From assembly GCF_000143415.4 (NCBI RefSeq), contig NW_003314279.1, positions 1,399,583-1,412,530 of the forward strand: 12,948 nt of DNA. The letters are read 5' to 3'. Made by a program: the position numbers and the translations under genes. Of the stretch, positions 1 to 7,477 are shown piece after piece. Source of the stretch: Selaginella moellendorffii (lineage: Eukaryota > Plantae > Lycopodiophyta). The first letter of the stretch is position 1, and each line of letters opens with the position of its first letter. Below the pieces are notes generated by a model. That model saw only the letters and a program-made list of their open reading frames with translations. It was not told the DNA's origin and did no database searches.

Positions 1-70
1 ATATATATATATACGTATACATATATATATATATATACATATATATACATATATATATATATATGTATAT
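1..70. repeat. (TA)n/(TATAC)-type microsatellite
   Basis: Near-pure AT dinucleotide run with occasional AC/GT interruptions. Confidence 0.95.
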
Positions 71-1220
71 CATTTGGGACTGAATTTGGTTTATCCATTC
101 TTGTATATAAGCAAGGGTTTAAACCCCAATTAATATACTTATTCTTATATCCCAAGCACTCACATTGATAAGCATTATAATTTATTGGTAGAGGTGACAA
201 ATATTGTAATTTATCTATAAAAGGCAAAGTTTTATGGCAATACTTTGCTCTAGTGTTTAGAATTGTGCTTTCTGTTCTTAATTCTTCATTCTCTTTTAAA
301 TTTATATCTATATTAGAATTCTAATTATTGTTGTGTTTAAATTACTCTTTATTTTGATCTTCATTGCATTCTCTTCTTCTGTTATGCCACATTGTTATCA
401 ATTAAAGAGTATGTCACTTGAGGTTGCTAATGTTGCTCTATTAGATCAAACTTTTAGTGCTATAGAATGTGATCATATTAGTGTTGCACCCATCTTTGAC
501 GTGTTACTGTCTGTAACTTTTGTAAAATGTGATTACATAGTTTGTCATGTTCTTAGTGTTCTACCATCTCTTGTTTGGAGTATGATTGTAATATCAATTG
601 GTGAGCTATGGATGATATAATCTAGTTCTTGAAGAATATTCAAAAATCAAGTTTATTGGAAGACAATGTATACAAGCTTGAGTGGATTCCAAATTATAAT
701 AACAAACTTGATTATTATAGAGATATCTTTGGAGACGAAATAGAGATTTTATAGGGTAGGTGTCAATCCTTGAATTTACCATTTAATTTTTTCTCTATAC
801 TTTCTATTCATTCTTGACCTTTTTTTATTTCTTGGTTTGACCCACCTTTTCATGTTTCTAGTGTTCCTTCCTTATCAATGTTTCTTTCTTATAGAATGTC
901 GATCATTTGCATTTATTCGGATGTAAGTCAGGATATATCATTTTTTGCAATATCATTTCATGGACTATAGTGGTTTTTAAAGTCCCTTGCTTTGGTTTAA
1001 AGTTATAGCTTCAAGATTAATTTGAGTATTTAATAGTTGCATATAGAGTTGCAATTGATTCATTGGGATACTATAGTTGGATTACACTTATGCCATGGCT
1101 TTTGCTTTTGTTTCAGTCTATATGTGTGTGAGTGATTGGGATATAGGAATAGATACATTAATTGGGGTTTAAACCCCTACTTATATACAAGAATGGATGT
1201 AAAAGATTAAGTCCCAAATG
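71..1220. mobile_element. Non-autonomous TIR DNA transposon (deletion derivative, 1150 bp) with 94-bp terminal inverted repeats
   Basis: 71-164 and the reverse complement of 1127-1220 align without gaps at 81/94 identical positions (CATTTGGGAC...ATCCATTCTTGTATATAAG...GGGTTTAAACCCCAATTAAT...CCCAA.CACTCACA). Internal segments recur elsewhere in the window (2490-3015, 11045-11190). No clear TSD or transposase seen. Confidence 0.7.
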
Positions 1221-1494
1221 AATAATCTATATGTTTTAGTATTATAATTAATGTATTGCCTAGTACATGTATATACATATAAATATTTACAAACCTTACA
1301 CCATCCTCCCCTCCAGAAAATGAAAAGGTCATAATAATATGTTAGGTGGAACATTTAGAACTTATATTAGGTGATTATAAATTATTATAAGAATTTGAAG
1401 CTCTCACAAAATTGAGATTTTATTAATAGCAATAATAGAGTGAGGCCAAATATAAATAGCCTCATTTTATCTATCAAAGGATTATTAGTCTGCC

Positions 1495-2047
1495 AATAAT
1501 CCTCTGAGACCACTATTAACTTAAACTCACAACCATAAATAAAATTTATTTTTGCATTTTCCCTTCGATTAACATCTAAAACCTATGTGAACTCGGATTT
1601 ATGACTTTTAGCCTTCCTATGGGAAGTCAGACTCATTCCACATCCTCTTTATCCCCTCCTTGAAGGAAAAAAAGTTCTAAACCATTAACTTTGTTCAAAT
1701 TTGTTACACTCATCCTCACTCTACTATATATATTTAGCCTCACTCCACTATCACATTTATTTGACCTCATTATATCGAGGCTAAATATTCTATTTTAACT
1801 GGTTATACTTGTCATCACCCCACAATCCATATTATTTGTCCTCACTCGACTATCATATCCACTTGTCTTCACTCTATCTTCGGGGCTAAACTCTTGTACA
1901 TCCCCTTTATCCCCTCCTCTAAAGAAATTTTTTTTTGAAATGTCAAAGCAAAAAGGAGAAAATAAGAAATGAGGAGTAAAAAATATTGTGAAAGAAGAAA
2001 AAATGGACAAAAAAGCATTAGAAAATAAATTTTCAATAATTGTCAAA
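1495..2047 (+). repeat. Dispersed repeat segment C, direct copy of ~11235-11832
   Basis: Colinear similarity by eye, e.g. ATAAATAAAATTTA, GGAAGTCA.ACTCA, TTTATCCCCTC.TTGAA.GAAAAAAAGTT, CCTCACTC.ACTATCA, AAGCATTAGAAAAT.AATTTT.AATAATT.TCAAA shared by both copies. Confidence 0.85.
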
Positions 2048-2489
2048 GTAAAAATAGGTAGAAAAGAAGCAAACATATTCAAAACCTATAAAACAGAGGA
2101 TTTGATGTGATAAAATACTTTGGCTAACACAAGATAAGTAAATGATTTATACCACTTAACCTTTTCAACACATAATTCAACACTTGAGATAGAAAAATCA
2201 ATAGAAAAGTCCACTCTCAAGATAATATATAAACCTTTTAATAACAATAATAAAACAAAGGCTCACAACAGCACTCGCAACTAGGGATATACACTCAACT
2301 TGAAATTTTGTCCAAAATTATTCAACCTTAGAAATAGGGGAATACTCAACACCAAAATTTATCAAAAACTCTGCCAAAGAAACAAAAGCAAGATTCTCAA
2401 CTTCCCACATATGCTCAAGATCTAGATTAATGTGAGAAGGTTAGAAAACACTTAATTCAATATTAGAGTGAAAACAAGAATCATAAAAG

Positions 2490-3015
2490 TCATAAATGAT
2501 TGATATGCCAGAAAAAGAAAATATTACAAATGAGAAAGGAACATTAGGAACATGGAAAAGTGGCTCAAGCCAAGAAATAAGAAAAGATTTGGAAAGAGCA
2601 AAAGGTAAAAATAAAGAATCAAATAATAAATTAAAATATTAACACTTACCCTGCAAAATTTCCAACTCATCTTCAATGTTATCTTTATAATAATCAAGTT
2701 CTTCATCACAATCTAAAATCCATTTAAGCTTGTAAATATCATCTTTCCATAAACTCAATTGTTGAATATTCTTCAAAAACTAAATTATATCATCCATAGC
2801 TCACCAATCGATGTCCACACTCGATCACACTCCACATTAATGAAAAATGACCAAATATCGAGAATAGAAAAAATCATGTAATCAATTCCTATAAAAGTTT
2901 AAGATGGCAATACACCAAAAATGGGTCTAATACCAATATAATCACACCCCACAACACCATAAGTTCAATCCAACGTAGTAGCATTAGCAACCTCAAGTAA
3001 TATATTCCTTAGCCC
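2490..3015 (-). repeat. Dispersed repeat segment D, inverted copy of ~400-910 (internal part of the TIR element)
   Basis: The reverse complement shares ACTTGAGGTTGCTAATG, ATTGGTGAGCTATGGATGATATAAT.TAGTT.TTGAAGAATATTCAA, AACTTGATTATTATA.AGATA and TTATTTCTTGG.TTGA.CCAC with 400-910, in the same order and spacing. It ends near the assembly gap. Confidence 0.85.
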
Positions 3016-3025
3016 TCAATCACAG

Positions 3026-3139
3026 NNNNNNNNNNNNNNNNNNNNNNNNNNNNNNNNNNNNNNNNNNNNNNNNNNNNNNNNNNNNNNNNNNNNNNNNNNN
3101 NNNNNNNNNNNNNNNNNNNNNNNNNNNNNNNNNNNNNNN
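3026..3139. other. Assembly gap (114 N)
   Basis: Run of N. Confidence 1.
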
Positions 3140-3260
3140 TGCGATCGGTGATGGTGACGAAGACCGCGCTGGACATGTGACCAATGTCGCCCGTCCTCAC
3201 CCAGCCTCCCTGGAGCACCGCGCCGCTCTCATCCGGGTTGACACAGTAGCCAGTCATCAC
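3140..3260 (-). pseudogene. Fragment of AMP-binding acyl-CoA synthetase (FadD/long-chain-fatty-acid-CoA ligase-like), bacterial-type; probable contaminant or chimeric contig end
   Basis: Minus-strand translation VMTGYCVNPDESGAVLQGGWVRTGDIGHMSSAVFVTITDR matches the ANL superfamily motifs VMxGY and GWxxTGDxGxx...(I/T)xDR. 33 of 40 codons end in G/C. It abuts the N gap on one side and an AT microsatellite on the other. Confidence 0.8.
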
Positions 3261-3284
3261 ACACGGATAGAGAAGCAGCACATC

Positions 3285-3337
3285 CATATACATATACATA
3301 TACATATATACACATACATATATACATATATACATAT
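3285..3337. repeat. (CATATA)n / (TA)n microsatellite
   Basis: CATATA hexamer and TA repeats. Confidence 0.9.
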
Positions 3338-4581
3338 AGAAGTTTATAATTTTAAATATATGTTTATAAATAATACAAAATCTACTACTATAAGGAGCAA
3401 ACGCTGAACTTTGTGGGCCGCCGGATCTGGTACTAATATAAATGAATAACAACATAAAATATCTAAGAATATTCTAGGTATATCCACTACCTAGTCGACA
3501 GGTTTGATTAAGAAAACCATAAATTTATTTATAATATAGAAGTTATGAATGATTACAGACTACTTTATATATTGCCAATAGTAACTTTTCTTTAAGTTAA
3601 TCTTCAAGAAGCAATAAAATATGAAATATTTTAATTCATGGATGTGCTTATTCTAAAAAATGGACTAGATTTAATAATTAAATCAATGTAGATCATTTAA
3701 CTACAATGCCTTAAAAAATTTAATGAAAAGACAGAAAATTTGGAAAGTAAGGAATATATTATTAACAAAATTCATATTAGGTATTTGGAACAAGAATATT
3801 ATTAGTTACCAAATGCATATATGGTACATAGTTCTAATTACTTTATAGTAAATATTAAATTTTTTTTTGTTTCAGTGTTAAATTATAGTCAACATTGAGC
3901 TAATAATTTTAAAGTATGTTCTTTTAGCGTAATGAATATTTCTAGAATATCCAAGTACATTCTAGGATATTTTTCAAGCAAACGGTTTTAATTTTTCTCA
4001 AACTAATATTTTTTACAATTTATAAAATTATTTTGTAATAAGAGTTAATTAGAACTAATATAAACCCTGTTTACAGTTATTTTTAAAGAGAAAATAAAAC
4101 TCTATTATTTTACTTGCAGAACTTCATCATTTTCATCAAACATCTATGCTCATTATACTTATAATAAGACAATTTATCCCAAAAGGATCATTTCTATAGC
4201 ACCACTTACTCCAAATATCTCTGACTTGATATTTTCTTACTAGAACACTTAGAGAAGCTTTGGGAATAATAACACTCTGTCTCCCAAAGAGCTTACTTAA
4301 AGTTTGAAGATCACAATAAGTACTTCTTTTTTATTCTCTTACATGACATAATAAAATAACACAATGTACACAGCAAATTACTTCTTTTGCATTGTTGTAG
4401 TTGATGTCTAGAAACACTTTCTTTTGCAACCTGTTGTTTAATTTGGTGTCATGAAGAGCTCTCTTTATCTTGGAGGAGAGGGATAAACTTTTATCAATTA
4501 GCACAAATTTTATATTGGATTGAGTTTCTCTTAAACAGCTAAATTTAAGCTGCAATGGTCCAATTTCAATTTAGTTTTAAC

Positions 4582-4694
4582 AGTCAACTTATATCCAAGA
4601 AAAAAATGCTTAATGCAGAAAATTATTATTTCCGTTTCTAATTTTGCGATTATGAGGAAAGTCAACCAGGCTGTATGTAATCAGAAAGTTGACC
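4582..4694. promoter_or_regulatory. Cluster of three W-boxes (TTGACY) upstream of the RLK start
   Basis: AGTCAA at 4582-4587 and 4660-4665 (TTGACT on -), and TTGACC at 4689-4694, all within 180 bp of ATG 4758. Confidence 0.45.
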
Positions 4695-5331
4695 AGGCCG
4701 ATGTGTTAATGTGCTTGAAAAGATTGAACTTGTCAGTCAGGATCGTGGGTACACACAATGAATCCCCCCTTTCCAGACGCCCAGCTCGGCTGTGATCCTC
4801 CTCATCCTGATCCAGGCTTTCCTAGCCGCTGGGAAGCTCCTCATGCACGCACAGGACGACGATTTTCCTCTCACCGATTCTGCCAGCAACAAGCTCCACG
4901 CCAGGTTCTTATCTCTCATTACTGCCATCCCTCCCAAGCTCATTTACGATGGAGCCACGGATCCATACTTCCGGGGCCAGGCCATTGTTGACACCTTGTT
5001 CCTCCTGGATTCCAATTTCTCGCTGGTTCTCAACCTCTACTTTTACAACGTCGAGTACTGCGGCCCAAACTTTAGCCCCGACTTTGGTGGCACTGGCAGC
5101 AAGCTTCGCGCTGGATTCACGGCTCTCCTGCCGGATCTCCGAGGTCTCATGAACTTGAGCTATGGAGCGGCCTATGTCGCCCAAGGACAGTTCCAAGCCG
5201 GATACTACATCAAGGGCATGAACTTGAGAGGATCTAATGGATCGTGCTCGTCTCTCCGGGTGGAAAATTCCACGGATCATATTGGCTACTGCTACGACTA
5301 CGAAGACACGCGACTGAGTTACAGTGTTTTC

Positions 5332-5660
5332 GATAGGCTCTACCCGGGTTGCCGGATTCAATCTGCGAAAAAGCCCGAGTACGTGCTGGAAATGCGAGAG
5401 GACTGCAACGCTGTAGCGACACCACTACCAACGAGGTTTTGTGGCAGTCGAAAACGAAGGGAAGCGGAAGGGACTGCGAGCTTGTTCTTGAAAAAACGGC
5501 GACGCTAGCTGTGTATGATCGAAACGGGACTGTCTTGGCGAGGTTTGGGACGAACAACTCCACGAATGCGTCCTTGTTTGCGGTCCAGGGTGATAGAAAC
5601 ATGGTGATCTATGCCATCAGCAACATGAAGACTCCAAAGGCGGTGTGGAGCTCACACACT
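5332..5660 (+). other. GNA/bulb-type mannose-binding lectin domain of the RLK
   Basis: Three-subdomain beta-prism II pattern across two frames, with a Cys pair (DCN...RDC) and an intact Q-x-D-x-N-x-V-x-Y (QGDRNMVIY) at 5586-5612. Confidence 0.85.
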
Positions 5661-5667
5661 TTCAAAG

Positions 5668-5723
5668 GCGAGCTTTTGGAAGTTACAATGTGAATCTCTT
5701 ACATGCTTCTTCTTTCTCACTAG
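5668..5723 (+). other. Non-canonical GC-AG intron (56 nt, phase 1)
   Basis: AAG|GCGAGC donor and pyrimidine-rich ...TTCTTCTTTCTCACTAG| acceptor. Splicing joins ...SHTFK-D-PSSPNG... in frame. Confidence 0.75.
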
Positions 5724-7477
5724 ATCCATCTTCTCCGAATGGATCGACGCCGCAGCCAAATGGTACCAGCTCTGTTTCGCAGCCTTCGTTTAGCTCCAAG
5801 TCGAGGCGAGGGATTCGAACGATTGCAGTCTCCTTAGGAGCGTCTCTCGTTGGAGTGGCACTGGTGATTTTGTGTGTTGTGCTGATTTTGCGAAAGAAAA
5901 GAAATCGTAAAGCTAGCCGGGAAGCGTTGAGCTGGCTACCACCCGGTTCCAAGGCCAGGAAATACTCGTACGAAGAGCTCCAAGAGGCTACCAAAGGATT
6001 TCACAATGACAACAGGTAGGCAGAGGCGGATTTGCGAGTGTGTACAAGGTAAGTCTTTGTTTCTTTCTTTCGAGAAGTTCTTCGACTTTTGATCACACAC
6101 AGGGAGTTATAGACAATCACTTCGTTGCCGTCAAATACTTGACTAGCTCCGACTTATCAGACAAGGCAAGGCGGGATTTCGAGAACGAGGTGTCTACGAT
6201 TTGCCTCCTCCAGCACAAGAATGTTGTCAAGCTTTTTGGTTTCTGCTCTGAGAAAGAGCACAAGCTCATCGTCTGCGAGTTCATCGAGAATGGAAACCTA
6301 TCGGAGGCTTTGTTTAGTAAGTTTCGCTAGATCCATGAAAGAGTTATCATGCTTTCTCTCTCGGCAGGCTCTCCAGACAAAGGTTTGGAGCTAAATTGGA
6401 CAGCCAGATACAACATCTGTGTGGGAGTTGCGCAAGGTCTGGCATACTTGCACGGAGAAACATCACAGGCAACCATCGTGCACAGAGACATCAAGGCCCT
6501 CAACATCCTTCTAGCAAGCAATCTCGAGGCAAAGATCTCGGACTTCGGCCTTGCAAGACTGATCCAGGAAGATCGGAGCTATATCAGCACACGAGCCGCA
6601 GGAACAGTGTAAGTTTTTTGATGTCCAAAATCTTCAACTTCCATGGAGATCGTTTCCAGTGGCTATCTAGCTCTAGAGTACGCTCTCTCCGGCCAGTTCA
6701 CCGAGAAGGCCGATGTCTACTCGTTTGGGATCCTTGTCCTGGAGATCTTGAGTGGAAGGATAAGCATGGATTTCACACTCTCGGATGGCGATTCCTTCCT
6801 TCTCGAACGGGTGAGTGGTTTTGATCTCTATATCTTCGTCTAAGATCCTTCTTCCGAACCAAGCATGGAATGTCTTCCAGAGCGGCCACCTCCTGGAGAT
6901 GATTGACAAGCGACTGGATGTGGACGACGAGCGAGATATTCACGAGATGGAGCGCGTGTTCTTGGTGGCTCTCCACTGCACGCATGCCAGCGGCAGCAGG
7001 CGCCCGTCGATGTTTAGAGTGGTGGGAATGCTCATGGGAGACATGGAAATGGTGGCACCATCTCCAGGCCTGGCTTCCTCTTTGATCTGAGGCAAAACCT
7101 CGAGCAGTCCAAATCTTTAACCAAAACTTGACCACGTTTGCGTTATTTAACTTAAGTGGTACTTTTGACTCTGTCCAAATGCTCAAATAAGTCTACTGTG
7201 GCAGTGTTGCATGATCGCTAGGAATCAAAGGATTTCTATTCGATTGGAAGAAAATGAGCACGAGAAGAGAAAGAGTCCATATACAAATGTTGCTTGGAAG
7301 TTTAGATGGATTCATCCTATATGCCAATTGCCTCTTGCACTTGATTTCTGGCTTGATTTCTGGCAGGATTTCTATGCGTGAGGTGGTATTCCTTTCAGGT
7401 CTGTGTAACACTGTCTTTTGCAAGTGGGATTGATTTACCTAATTCAAAATGCTCAATATCTTTTACCACTTGAGTGG

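Larger units (their letters stand above)
4758..7090 (+). pseudogene. Receptor-like Ser/Thr kinase: signal peptide + uncharacterised (GH18-like?) domain + GNA/bulb-type lectin + TM + RD kinase (LRR-VIII-2/DUF26-type); disrupted as assembled
   Basis: Reconstructed exons: 4758-5667, 5724-6048, 6103-6316, 6368-6608, 6660-6810, 6863-7090. Introns are 56 (GC-AG), 54, 51, 51 and 52 nt. Signal peptide MNPPFQTPSSAVILLILIQAFLAAG needs one C removed from the C6 run at 4764-4769. Lectin: YVLEMREDCNAV..VLWQSKT..C.LVLE..LAVYD..QGDRNMVIY..VWSSHT. TM 5822-5890 is followed by RKKRNRK. Kinase motifs: [54 protein letters not shown]. Lesions: frameshifts at ~4764-4769, ~5415-5418 and ~6016; last acceptor CAA instead of CAG at 6860-6862; APE>ALE. 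Confidence 0.9.

Noticed and set aside
3009-3455. 148-aa and 76-aa ORFs across the gap and microsatellite (including the HIHIHI 'His-rich' peptide)
   Set aside because: Artefacts of reading through Ns and (CATATA)n. Only 3140-3260 has protein similarity.
4792-5508. 238-aa ORF as a standalone secreted protein
   Set aside because: It starts at GTG, and its tail after DCNAV is out-of-frame lectin sequence. It is exon 1 of the frameshifted RLK. The in-frame ATG at 4843 would omit the signal peptide.
4764-6017. Programmed ribosomal frameshifting or RNA editing to explain the RLK lesions
   Set aside because: No slippery heptamer or shared context at the three sites, the shifts are in different directions, and editing of this kind is organellar in plants. 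Decay or sequence error is simpler.
6016-6102. CAG|GTAGGC as an alternative donor avoiding the 6016 frameshift
   Set aside because: Splicing to 6103 gives AGG GAG TTA TAG (stop) and removes the glycine-rich loop.
7340-7363. 12-bp tandem CTTGATTTCTGG x2; also CATGAACTTGAG repeated at 5148 and 5217
   Set aside because: Short local duplications with no evidence of function.
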